Positions 25,836 through 38,789 of a DNA stretch of 64,000 nt are shown here, piece after piece. This stretch comes from Octopus sinensis. Its lineage: Eukaryota. Made by a program: the position numbers and the translations under genes. The stretch spans positions 71,858,001-71,922,000 of the forward strand of contig NC_042997.1 in NCBI RefSeq assembly GCF_006345805.1, given 5' to 3'. Each line of letters starts with the position of its first letter. The first letter of the stretch is position 1. The notes beneath the pieces were generated by a model. The model ran no database searches. It was given only the letters and a program-made list of their open reading frames with translations, and was not told the origin of the DNA.

Positions 25836-27972
25836 TGTAAAATTATCACGGCACTAAACATGTACTATCTTTGACACCAAAGATAACATATTTTTTAGAG
25901 GTTTACTTCCGGTACCCAGGAGTCAATGACAGAGTTGTGTCAATATGATTCAAAAGACAGACGCTTTACAGGAAATCATTCTCAAAGAGATCTGGACGAT
26001 GGTGTAAGAGGATATGAAAGTGGGATGATGGACGAACAAATGTGTGTGGTCTTCATAGAAACAGCAGGGGTGCGGTTGTCGATTTTTGACGAGATATAAT
26101 CGAATCGTTGGTTTCTGCACTATTTACTACTTGTTCATTTATCGACCTCGAATTTGATACAAAGATATCGACTTATTGTGAAACTGTTGAAAGTGTTTTA
26201 TACAACTTATGCAAGTTCAACGTCCTCAAACAGTATTTATATGTGTCACTAGGCAAAAAGCCAATTTTCTTTGTAGTGGGCGAACGAGAACAGTATTTCG
26301 TCCCACCCATTCGTATATCACTCTCTACCATTGTTATCAACATTGATATAAATATTAGTGTGATGCCTGGAAATTCTAAGCAACATCTTACTGCTTATGG
26401 AGCAAGAGAAAAGAGTTAAGATAGGAGTCAGGAGGAGATGATGAGCAGTGATTTGACCACCTCTGCTGACCCAACAACGGGAGGTTATTACTGTTAAGGT
26501 TAAAAAAAACATCTAATGATCGTTGGATACTGCTTGATAACTTCAATTCCTCCTGGAATGAGAAGAAAAGAGCGATGGGTGGTTGTGCGTAGGATGGGAG
26601 ATGCAGCAGAAGGAGCCACTTGCTGGTTATGGAGCAAGGGGGAGGTATAAAGCTGGCAGACATGAGGAGATCTGAGCACCTCTGCTGAACCACCAACAGA
26701 AGGACGTTACGATTCGAGATCGAAACACCCGATGTTTGTTGGATAGTGTCTGATAACTTCAATTCCTACTGGTCAAAGCTACGTTCACGAAAGTGAATGG
26801 AGAAGAAGCAACTTTTTCTAGGTGTTATCAATAACATTGTTCTTATTTGTTTTGGCGCATAAATTTATAGATCTTCATAACTTTATTTTATTACGTGATA
26901 AAATTTCGATTATGACTTTCACTTCGTTCCATAGTTAATGTAGATAACACTCGAACAAATGTCATGATAAGCAGAAAAATATTATAGATAATTGTTGTGT
27001 TTACGCAGGGCGCAACGAAGATGCAATTATATGGTATTTATTTTCTAACCTCTAGATCATAAGATCAAACCTTGGAAGAGTCAAAACTTACTTATCGTCT
27101 TTTGTAAGACTCCAAAACATGCAGGGAAAATATATACCGATTTGTTTAGATCTGCTATATCTCCACCTCAAAATTAAATCTTATGTCTATGGAAGCAACT
27201 CTGAATTGATTCATTTCAACGTTAATTTATCTGCTATTTACCCATAAGATAGATTAGATTGTACAATGTTTACGAAAGGCGAAATGAAAATGACTACAAG
27301 AAAGAATCTATCCAGATCTTCACGCTGGTTCGCTGAGACACTTAACACTAAGATATTCGTCTATCTTTTTGTACATCTCATAACTTCTTAAAGTTCAACA
27401 ACATCGTGAAGTAAATGAACAGTCATATATGCTGTTGCCATACGAAGATTAGTTAAGCCAATGAGAAAGCTTCTATGTCATCGTTTGACATGCTAAAAAT
27501 AGCAATAGCATTTTGGTATCCACCTCAAGTCATAAAATGGGATACATTAAATAATGTTATTGAGTTTTTTTTTTAAGAACAAGACTGTAGGTCTAAGTGT
27601 CAGGGCATCAATACAGATTAATTATGGTATATATTCTGTTAGAAATGGTATCTATTTATTGAAGAATCCTAATATTGGCACAAACCGACAAAATGTGGGG
27701 AAGGTTATAGACTACAGCATTTAGCTAAAGAGCATATTATGAAGCCCAGGTGGCTAAAAGTTAATCTCGCTGCATCTGAGCGCAGAAAGTAAAGAGTGGT
27801 TACTAACTACTACATCGTATATTTTATTCTATACTTTACCGATTCTTTCGTCTATTAATAACGCAATTTCATTGAATGATGGAGATGCCCCTGCGTTTAG
27901 CGTCGTTACTACCTGAATGACTAAAAGCATGTGTATGTGTGCCGTTTACTGTACATTAAAAATATGTGTGTG

Positions 27973-28007
<35 letters not shown>

Positions 28008-29469
28008 TTATGTATATCCACTACATATGTATACACACGCACACACACACATACACATTTAAGTATATCCACTACATATGGTGTGTTTGTTTGGGGCGTT
28101 GTTATCTAACTCCTCCAACATCGTTTTATCGATTTTGATGAAACTTGACACGTGCGTATAATTTATGTCTGGAAAACTAGTGACATACTTAGTTTGTTGA
28201 ACAAATCGATAATAGGGTCCCTGGAAGGGATTCTTATATCTACTGCATATAGCTAATATATTATTTTTAAACATCCAAGGAAAATAACCCATTCGCTCCT
28301 GAAAGGGATCCTAATATATAGCCAAGGGAAATAACCCATTCATGTTAGTAAATTATTTCGTATAAATCAAATTGTGTATGCTTATTTTTTTTATATTTGA
28401 ACTATTTGAGTTATTTTCGCAACTTATCTAGTACAACGCTTAAACAAGTAAATAGTATTTTCCTAAACTATAGGTCCACTTATTTCGGTTAGTGACTTAT
28501 TCACGAATATACCATCACTAACGTCGCTGAGGGCAATATTCTCTGCGAATACACAAAAGCTTTTTTCAGAGTTATTTACTTTGAACTGTTATTATCTCAT
28601 ATCTGATTAGCCTGTTATTACGTAACATACTTCATGATTTTTGTATACATACCTTATTAGTATTTCCTCCTAAGTTCTATATACTCTAGGAACGTATCAA
28701 AGCCCTTTTCGAGGTTACTTTTTTTGAATTCTTACTATCGGGTAATTGATTTCATATTTATTACATAACTGACTTCACAATTTGGGTATTCATAACTTAT
28801 AGGGAATTTCTAAAAACAAGACCCTGTGTAAGACAATTCGGAATTCTCAATAAATGCACAAAAACCGTTTTAAGGGTTACATACTTTGTATTGTTGTTAC
28901 TGGATTAGCGAAATAATTATGAGAACGGAACAAAGGGATAAGCCCCGCTTTCCCGGGAATTACCGGATACGTCAGCTAGTATACACATACGCGCGCATAT
29001 GTCATGAACACCCGCAGATACAAACCAACGTGCAGATAACTGAGTTGAAGTGGGTAGTTACAAGATTGGCTGTTCTGAAGTTTAAATCTAAAAAGTCCCA
29101 GTATACTTGGCTCCAAATGATAATGATGATGATGATGATGATGATGATGATAGTGGTGGTTGTGTTAGTGGTATAAGAAGTCTTATTGGGATAGTGCTGC
29201 GGTCAGGATCTTATTAACAATACTCATCTCAACGAGAAAATATTTATGAATAAATGCTTTGAAACCAAAAGACTTAAACCAGATTATAAATCTACATTAA
29301 CATTAATGGTCACTGATTGACTTGGTCATGTTTTAAGTGGTATTCTCGAAAAACTAGAGTTTCCAGGCAAAGAAAGTGAGAGAAGTTTTCAAATCTAGTT
29401 CATAAGCTGAACAGTCTATAAGCAAGACTTTTATACATTTCAACATATAACTCTTCGCCAATATTGATT

Positions 29470-29650
29470 TAACATTTTGGCACATGGCCAGCAATTTCGG
29501 GGGAAGGAGATAAGTAAATGACGTCGACCCCAGTACTCAACTGGAACTTATTTTATCAACCCCGAAAAGATGAACGGCAAAGTCGACCTCAGCGGAATTT
29601 GAACTCAGAACGCAAACACGGAGGAAAATCATTTTTCTCAGCGTGCTAAA
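29470..29650 (-). mobile_element. SINE family 2
   Basis: Reverse complement matches 22363-22580. Confidence 0.75.
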
Positions 29651-30714
29651 TTCTACTGATAGAGTTGGAGACCAGTTCCTTCTTCATGAGTTACCACTAC
29701 AAAATTCTTTTACTTTTTCTAAGCCAGGAAGAATAAAAGTCAAATTTATTTATGAGGAACTTGAACAGAAAATCCTTATAGGGATGGACTGTACCCTAAA
29801 GTATACCTAAACAATGCTTATAGTGATGGGCTGTACCCTAAACGATACCCTAGACTTCCAGTACTTTTTCCTTTTTTTTTTATAAAATACATTTCTGCAG
29901 TATTAACTGAGGTCTCGATTGATTTACAACTTATTGGAAATCTTGCTAAAGTAAACAAAATGCATGCACTGAGGTTGATACAATGGCCTGCTGCTTCCCG
30001 AATACTTTCATGAATAAGGATAAAAGAAGACAAATTTGTGAACCGAAGAGATCAAGAGCTTGTGAGTAGTAAAAAAACGAATGAGAAGAAAGAGAAAAAG
30101 AGAAAAGAGTACGTTGATGAAAGACCCGTTGATGAGAAAGTTCGGTGCATATAGATAGGGAGAAAAACAGATGCACAATATATGCGTGTATTTCTTTATG
30201 TGCCGATATACGCATGCACGCATATACACACAAAGACAGAGAATAATAATTATGTGAGCTATTCCTTTCATTCAGTAAGCTTTTGATGCGCCAAATTGAA
30301 AAAGGAAAAGAAAGAATAGATCAAAAAAGAAAGTTGTAAAAGATCATCGGAAAGAAAAAAAAGATGACCCCCCCCCCAAAAAAAAAGTTGTGTTCTTCAT
30401 TCGAAATATGTTCTTTAGTTTCTTAACTTTTTCTCTGTGGCTTGAAATCGTATTAGGCACAAATGTTAAATAGATATTTCCAGTGGTCTCCCCGCTCTAA
30501 ACAAAAAAATGTACTTTTGTGCAAAACATGATTTCAGTCTACAGTCTGTATATGCGAGATCACACACACACACGTACGCGCGCGCGCAAACAAAATTTCT
30601 ATACACACATGTGCGTGTGCGACCAATTTGCGCAAACAATATTTATGTAGATAAGTTTATACGCATCAATGCATATATATCTGATGTGCTTTGCGTGCGG
30701 GTGTGTGTGTGTGA

Positions 30715-30785
<71 letters not shown>

Positions 30786-32024
30786 ATGTGTATGCTTGCA
30801 TTTATAAGTGTGGATATCTATGCTCACACCCCTATATTCGCATACAGTCAATGAAAACTTCACTGATAGCGGTACCCGGTTGAGACAGATTGTTGAGTAT
30901 CAGCCATTATAAACAGCTACTAATCAACACTAAGATTCAGATTTGAACGCGAGACATGCCGTAACACATTGGTAGTTTCTGGTCTAAAGTTACATCAAAT
31001 TAATTTGATTAGATTACTATTCTTAATATTCTTACGAAATAAGGCTATGCAGATTAAAGTTGAAGCAATAAAAACACAACAAAACGTAAAGAACGGATTT
31101 GAAGACTATTCGTAAAAAAAAAATGATCACCGTCATTTTTCATCTGCATACATACAGAATGATGCTACATACATACACACGCTACCCATACACGCCGCTA
31201 CCCATACTCACACACACTTATGTCGATATCTATGTTGTTCAAAGAACGCCTCCTGATGTTATGATTTTGGTCTACTCAGAGAAAACCACACTTCACTGAA
31301 GAGATGCGAGTTGTGATTCTGGCGATGTTGTAAGAAGAATATAAGCATCAAGAATGCTTATGTCGTTACATTGTGCTCTCTCTCTCTCCCTCTGTGTAAT
31401 CTTTCGATCGTTGATAGGTTTAGCAAATTAAATCACTTTATACTATTGAGAATTATTAATATTGTTTTATAGTTATTTATTTGCAACAAATCAGTTCAGT
31501 AAAAAAGATTTTGGTCCAAGTTTAATGGAACTGCCGCTATATGCGGTAATTGCCAGATTTGTTGACAAATGGCTACTGGTAAAATGAAATTATATGAGAG
31601 TGTATGTAACGCGGTATTTTTAAACATAAGACAATTTCCCTTGGATCGTCAGCATTAGTTCATTTAAAAATTTCCATTAATTAGAGGAAAAAATTCTTCG
31701 TAAGAATATTATGCTGTATCGAAATTAAGTGTTTAGATTTAATTTGCCTTCGTGTCTGATTAGCATGCTGGTATCTAGACGTTGTGATTTGATGACCTAC
31801 TCCAGCAGCTTATTAAGAAACGGTAACTAAAACTCAACGTAAATCCAGAGAACTTGAGCATAACGAAACTAATGCAGGTACCATAATGGTGTATAAAAAA
31901 GACTAAAATCTGCGAGTTACCCTCTCCAGCACATGTCACACGAATGACGTGTAAAATTTGTATTAGAAACTGTTATATCTTTCACAAGAGCAGTCGGAAC
32001 TTTTGAAGGAATATGACAATTTAC

Positions 32025-32100
32025 CTTGTACATGATCACTTCCAGGAATGCCATAAGCATGTAATATCGTCAATAGTCCAATCAGCCATATCAGTAAAAT
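32025..32100 (-). CDS. Small exon encoding the signal-peptide region of the same ADAMTS-like gene
   Basis: Acceptor actttcAG, donor G|GTAAAT. Translates ILLIWLIGLLTILHAYGIPGSDHVQ plus G (phase 1), which joins the phase-1 exon at 12509 to give ...HVQ-D-YELTYP. Confidence 0.72.
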
Positions 32101-32910
32101 CTGAAAGTTGAGGAAAAGAAAGATTTGAATATATTTTGTTATTTTAGATTCATTTTCATTAATATATTTTGGGGGTTTTATTTCTATTATTGATAGAGGT
32201 AGGTTATATACAATGGAGTGACAACGCCCGATATATTTATGAACACTTCCTGTCCAATCTCAACATCTGCAGGTCAAAGACTTCGAGAATAGGGAGAGAA
32301 CTGGGGAGGTAAAACGGCCTGAATGCTTACAAAAGTGAATTGATTGAGTCGCTTAAGCATTGAATAAAATTATTTCGGTAATTATTCCGAATTTTTGCAG
32401 TCTGGGTTCAAATCCCGCTTAAATATCAATACAAAAGAGAGAGATAAAGAGAGAGTAACAATGGGAATATAAAATGATGGAGTGACAAATAGGTAGAAAG
32501 ATGTGTGCATTGGCTCACATATATATGTGTTTATATATGTAGCTGTTTACATACACATAAATACATACACACAGCGAAATAGACAATCGCGCAATCCATA
32601 TTTTTGGCCTGGTGTTGCTTTGGAAAAAAGGAAAAGAATAAGCAAGGTTAATTATGCATGGCACTACAAACCATGTGAAATAATATATTTTGGGTATGTA
32701 AAGCTATTTGGACTTTGATGCCTTATGAAGCGTCGGCCGTTCAGACATTAGACATATGTTTTAGATTTACAGGGGAAAACAATCAGAGTATATTATATTT
32801 ACACCTTTCACAATATCAGTAGATGAAGATTGATACGATTGAAATTGTGTAACATCCATTTCTTTCTCAATAGCACAAATGACGTAAATAAATAAATAAA
32901 TATATAAGGG

Positions 32911-32945
32911 ACTAGAAGAGATACCTGGCGTTGCTCGGCATTAAA
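32911..32945 (-). mobile_element. Possible Helitron 3' terminus remnant
   Basis: Reverse complement GCCGAGCAACGCCAGGTATCTCTTCTAGT: an imperfect GC hairpin followed by CTAG. Confidence 0.4.
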
Positions 32946-32964
32946 ATGGCATAGATTTTTGTTG

Positions 32965-33170
32965 TTGTTTCACTTATAGCGGTCATTATGACTGCGGCCA
33001 GGCAGGAGCAACGCCTTTAGTCGACGAAATCAAACCCAGGATATATTCTTTATAAGCCTAGTACTTATTTATCGGTGTGTTTTGCCAAACGGCTAAGTCA
33101 CGGGGATGTAAATACAGCAACATCGGTTGTCAAGCAATGGTGGGGTTACAAAGACAGACACACACACAGA
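32965..33170 (-). mobile_element. SINE family 1, 3' half
   Basis: Reverse complement of the family-1 3' body. Confidence 0.75.
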
Positions 33171-33525
33171 TATACATATATTTACATACATATATACATA
33201 GACATATATATACATATATAAATATATATATATGCATGTATATACATATGTACATATTTTTACATATATGCATAAATATATATATGTGTGTGTGTGTATA
33301 CATGCATATATATACACAATACATATATACATGTATATATATATGTGTGTGTATACACACATACATATATATACATATAAATATATACATATGTATATAC
33401 ATATAGATCTATATATATGCATATATATATGTATAGGGAGAGTTTACGAAAAAAACATAAGACGAAGACAGGTGGTGTACAAAACAAACAGATGTATTAG
33501 TATAACGCTCAGGAATAGAAAAAGT

Positions 33526-33560
33526 CTTTTACGTTTCGAGCTACGCTCTTCTACAGAAAG
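33526..33560 (-). ncRNA. Minimal type I hammerhead ribozyme-like motif (core variant) in a pLTR-like module 33435-33620
   Basis: Minus strand: cuuu CUGUAGA a gagc-gua-gcuc GAAA cg UA aaag. Stems I and II pair, stem III is palindromic, and A6 is U. Confidence 0.55.
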
Positions 33561-33706
33561 GGACACAGAAAAAACAAGGAGAGAAAAAAATGTGTGTAGT
33601 GGCTAATGATCTATCATGGCGATACATATACATCTATACATATACATCCATAAATATACTTCTATATATATATATGTACATGAATATATATATATATATA
33701 TAATAT

Positions 33707-33738
<32 letters not shown>

Positions 33739-33869
33739 CATACATGTATTTATATGCATATATACCGGAGTAAACACTTAAATGTGAAACAAGGTGGAAA
33801 AAAAGAGTACTCAAATACCAGTGGTAGAGTAATATGCTTTATTTAAAGCAGCAGAAAATTCTACAAAAC

Positions 33870-33907
33870 CTGTTACTCTGAGTTTCGCGTTGCCGTTCAT
33901 CGGACAG
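33870..33907 (-). ncRNA. Minimal hammerhead ribozyme-like motif in a short Naiad-like pLTR copy (33765-33965) that folds back on itself
   Basis: Minus strand: cugu CCGAUGA acg-gcaa-cgc GAAA cuc-a-gag UA acag. Same family as 56710-56747. 53-bp inverted arms at 33841-33893 and 33913-33965. Confidence 0.6.
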
Positions 33908-34383
33908 TTTTTGCAACGCGAAACTCAGAGTAACATGTTTTGTAGAATTTTCTGCTGCTTTAAATATACATATATATATGCATATATATAGATCTATATG
34001 TATATACATATGTATATATATATATGTGTATATTTATATGTATATATATGTATGTGTGTGTATACACACACCTATATATATACATGTATATATGTATTGT
34101 GTATATATATGCATGTATACATACACACACATATATATATATGTATGCATATATGTAAAAATATGTACATATGTATTTACATCCCCGTGACTTAGCCGTT
34201 TGGCAAAACACACCGATAAATAAGTACTAGGCTTATAAAGAATATATCCTGGGTTTGATTTCGTCGACTAATATATATATATATATTAATAGTAATAGTA
34301 TGACAATAAACGAATGAATGAGACCTCGATATTATGTAAATAGAGAAATGTATCTGTAATATAAGACAATTATTCGGATACCA

Positions 34384-34446
34384 TAATAAAACTCCGAGTT
34401 TCAGATGTTGGGGCGGAAATCTGCTCCTGCATCTCGTCAGTTATTA
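34384..34446 (-). ncRNA. Type I hammerhead ribozyme motif in a pLTR-like module (34290-34515)
   Basis: Minus strand: uaauaa CUGACGA gaug...cauc u GAAA cuc-g-gag UU uuauua. 6-bp stem I and intact core; a partial inverted copy follows at ~34475-34510. Confidence 0.7.
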
Positions 34447-34511
34447 AGACAAAAAATATTTCTATTTGTGTTAAAGCTCGGAGATTATTATGGCAACCGA
34501 ATAATTGTCAC

Positions 34512-34589
<78 letters not shown>

Positions 34590-34752
34590 GCATGTAAAAT
34601 GGTTTTAGCATTAATAGGGAAAGTATTAAACCTGAAGTATTATCTTACTTTACAATAGAGATGCTATTGCTTCACTTTTGACACATAATACTGAAATCGT
34701 GTAAGAAATAAGAGATTGCTCCGAACTCGCATTAGGCCAAGAAATACACGCG

Positions 34753-34807
<55 letters not shown>

Positions 34808-35597
34808 GAACACTCACATATACATGCACATTCTGTGTGAGTGCAAGAGAATTTGAATGTATTGAAGTATATTTTGTGTGTGTGTGCTTGTATCATAACG
34901 TGTGTATAATATGCGCTGAAGCGGCATTCGCGTGTAGATTTATCAAAACTTGGGTGTAAAAACATTTCATTTCTTAAAAGGTGCAAGATACATGTCTAAG
35001 TATACATCGACTGAACATGTGCAAAGCATATGGAATGGAAAAAAGTGAGGTAAACATTAGGTGAAGAATATACACCAGTGTTTGTTCAAGATGAAGATAT
35101 GGTTGTTTAAACGTACCATCTGTTGAATAAAAATTTATATTATACCTTAGTGTTGTTGTTGTTGTTGTTATAGTGATGGTGAACGTAAATTTACCCTAGA
35201 TGATTCTCACTGTGTAAAATTAGGTACCATTTTTGAGTAAAATGATACCGAGAGAATGTTTGTCTCTCATCGCTTCCTGTCTTTGATAAAATAGATATTA
35301 GTAATATAATAAAGATTCACTTAATTTCATTCACTTAATTTACAATGACAACATTTCTTATAAAGCTCTTATTGCACCTTATAATAAATTATAGCAGAAT
35401 CTTTAGCGGGTGGAACAAAGTGTTATGTGATATTTGTCCTATTTCTTTAGGTTCTGAGTTCACATCGCACTAAAGTCAAATCAGCTTCTCTTGTCTTGAG
35501 TGTTCCATAAAATAAATTACTAGTGAAATACTGTATACATACATACATACATACATACATACATACATACATACGTATGTATGTATGTATGTATGTA

Positions 35598-35869
35598 TCA
35601 CGTGACCGACCAGACCATCAGATGTTGTTACACATCGCGTTCGCATTGTTTTAGCCTTCGAGTGACGCCACCCCGCTGACTAAGCGAGCAGGCCAACAGA
35701 AGAAAGAGTGGTGAGAGAGTACAGCAGGGATCACCACCCCCTGCCGGAGCCTCGTGGAGCTTTTAGGTGTTTTCGCTCAATAAACACTCACAGCGCCCGG
35801 TCTGGGAATCGAAACCGCGATCCTACGACCGCGAGTCCGCTGCCCTAACCACTGGACCATTGCGCCTCC

Positions 35870-35871
<2 letters not shown>
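35598..35871 (-). mobile_element. tRNA-derived SINE (family 3) with intact A/B boxes
   Basis: Minus strand begins TGGAGGCGCAATGGTCCAGTGGTTAGG...GGTTTCGATTCCC, continues into a non-tRNA body and ends in (TACA)n. Confidence 0.8.
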
Positions 35872-35912
<41 letters not shown>

Positions 35913-35914
35913 AT

Positions 35915-35964
<50 letters not shown>

Positions 35965-35988
35965 TGTATTTGTGTAGGTATATATATA

Positions 35989-37000
35989 CAGGGTCATCCC
36001 ATAATTAAGGCGGTTTTTTCAACTGCATGAGCTAAAGTCGAAGAGGAGCGGGATAAGCTACCTGCATCAACTTGCTATAGTAGCAGGTAGTAATCTTAGT
36101 GCATGTTTTAAAGAGTACAGTTCGATTTGAACAGGAATATTAATGCAGTAAACGGGGGATAGGACAATAAGCGTAAGCCAGTGTCAACGGTGGTTCCAGA
36201 AATTCCGAGCAGGAAACTACAGCCTAGAAGATGAGTCATGTCCAGAGAAGTTTGAATTTGGTCATTCAACCATTCATTGATGCCTGCGTGCTATCAGAAA
36301 AGTCACCAAATTGGGTCAATGGGTTCCTCACAAACTTCTCGACTCTAATCGCGCGCAGAGAGTGAATGTGTGCGCTTCTTTGCTGTCACTTTTCACGAAT
36401 GAACATTTTTGGCCCGAAACACCCACAACCCAGGCTAAAGAAGGTCTTCACCCACGTAAGATGTTGTTATCTGTTTGGTGAGATATGAAAGGATTAGTCC
36501 ACTTTGAACTTTTAAACTCAATTGAAACGATAACCAAGGAAATCTACTACGAGCAGCTTGAGCGGCTTAAGTCAGCTCTAGAAGAAAAACGACCACCTTT
36601 GATTTCAGCACGAAAGGTGTTCTTCTATCAGGATAATGCTCGGCCGCATACAGTGAGGATGACATTCCAAAGACTAGAGCAGATTGAATGGAAAATGATG
36701 CCCAACCACCATATTCGCTGAACATTGCCCCATCTGATTATCATTTATTCCGCAGTCTTCAAAACCATTTAGACGGAAAAAAATATGAACTCTGTAGTCG
36801 AGGTGAGAACAGTGCTGGAGGAGTATTTTGCGTTACGAAGAAGTGAATTTTGGAAGTGGGCCTTGCAAATCTACGAGATAGATGGAAGAGCATTGTAGAA
36901 AATAAAGGAGAGTATATTTTAGATTAAAAAAGAACTTTATCTTAATTTTGAAAAACAAAAGAAGTATAAGAAAAGCCGCATTATTTATGGGATGACCCAA
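35989..37000 (+). mobile_element. Mariner (DD34D) transposon, internally deleted pseudo-copy
   Basis: TIRs (CA/TT)GGGTCATCCCATAA.TAA.GCGG flanked by TA. Transposase remnants WVPHKL, QDNARPH and YS..IAPSDYHLF. Confidence 0.92.
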
Positions 37001-37047
37001 TATGTATATGTGTGTGTGTGTGTGTGTGTTTGTTTGTTTGTGTTTGT

Positions 37048-37099
<52 letters not shown>

Positions 37100-37113
37100 T
37101 TGTGTGTGTGTGT

Positions 37114-37298
37114 AGGCGCAGCCATGGCTGTGTGGTAAAAACTTGCCTCCCAGCCACATAGTTCCGTGATCAGCAAATATGACTGAGCGAATAAGTAACA
37201 GACGCACAAAGTCCTGGGGTAGATTTCCTCGACTAAAGGTGTAGGTGCAGCATGGCCGCAGCCAAACGACTGAAACACTAAAGAATAAAAGAATAAAA

Positions 37299-37300
<2 letters not shown>
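37114..37300 (+). mobile_element. SINE family 1, internally deleted
   Basis: Head and tail match family 1; the middle is missing. Confidence 0.65.
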
Positions 37301-37336
<36 letters not shown>

Positions 37337-37353
37337 TATATTATATATATATA

Positions 37354-37578
37354 GTAAATGCGGAAAACGAAGAACAAAAACACAAAAAAAAAAACAACAA
37401 CGTGAGGACGTGTTAGATGCACAGTATTAGCAGACACTCAGGAAGGGAAAAAAGATGGTCTAACGTTTCGAGTGAAGCTCTTCTTCAAACCGAGGAAAGT
37501 CCAATGGAAAAGGAAGACCGATTTAAAAATCGCCAACGATTCACATGTGTTACATTTTAAAGTGACCAGAAGGGTATG
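37354..37578 (-). mobile_element. pLTR-like module with degenerate hammerhead (37457-37491)
   Basis: Diverged inverted copy of 38305-38530; core reads UUGAAGA..GAAACGUU. Confidence 0.55.
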
Positions 37579-37596
37579 TATATATAATATATATAT

Positions 37597-37695
<99 letters not shown>

Positions 37696-38402
37696 GATGC
37701 ATATATACATACATACACACCATACACACACACATACATACATACACATATATATATAGGAATGCACAGAAACCTATCCCACCCAACCCCACGGACACAC
37801 AGACACACACACACAAATGAACCCACACATACATCCCATACACACAGCACACACTCATACATACACGCACAATTATACATACATGTATACACATATACGC
37901 ACATACAAGCACACACGCACACATACACAAAGTAAAGCACAGTTATTCACCACACACACAAACTCTACGCACACACACACGAACACACGCATACATACGC
38001 ACACACACTACAAACAAAACACGCACACACACATACTTCAAACTACCAGTACCTTTCACTGACCATTCTTCCACGCACATGGGTAGATAGACACAAGAGC
38101 CACTCCTAATTCATTCTTCCTTGACCTTAAACAATACTAAGCCCTACTACACACATAGATTAACAACCACAACTACACACACACACGTGTTATCTTTGCA
38201 CACATACACACACACGCACACGCAGACCTGCGCGCACGCACAGATCCACACTAACACACATACCTCCTCTTGCACTCTCCTGTCTTTGAAAGAACTTTTT
38301 CTTCACCCAAACCTTCCGGTCATTTAAAATGTGACCGCGTGTGTACCGTTGGCGATTTTTTTTCCCTCCGTCTTCCCTTCTTTGGATCTTTCCTTTTCCC
38401 AT

Positions 38403-38437
38403 GTTTCTGACGAAGAGCTCCGCTCGAAACGTTAAAC
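38403..38437 (+). ncRNA. Minimal type I hammerhead ribozyme motif in pLTR-like module 38305-38530
   Basis: guuu CUGACGA a gagc-ucc-gcuc GAAA cg UU aaac: intact core, stems I and II, palindromic ACGU stem III. Confidence 0.72.
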
Positions 38438-38551
38438 CCTCCTTCTTTCCTGAGCGTCCAATAATACTATACTTGTTCCACGTCCTCTCGTTGTTGTGTT
38501 TTCTTTTTGTGTTTTCATGTTTGGATTAACTATATATATATATATTATATA

Positions 38552-38607
<56 letters not shown>

Positions 38608-38617
38608 TATATATATA

Positions 38618-38773
<156 letters not shown>

Positions 38774-38789
38774 CATACATATATTACAT

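Noticed and set aside
28075-28440. Possible non-autonomous Helentron/DINE-like element (CGATTTTGATGAAACTTGACAC, short internal repeats)
   Set aside because: Termini not identifiable with confidence from this single copy
35795-35871. tRNA-like sequence on the minus strand
   Set aside because: No proper acceptor stem or terminator, and it continues into a SINE body; called as a SINE head
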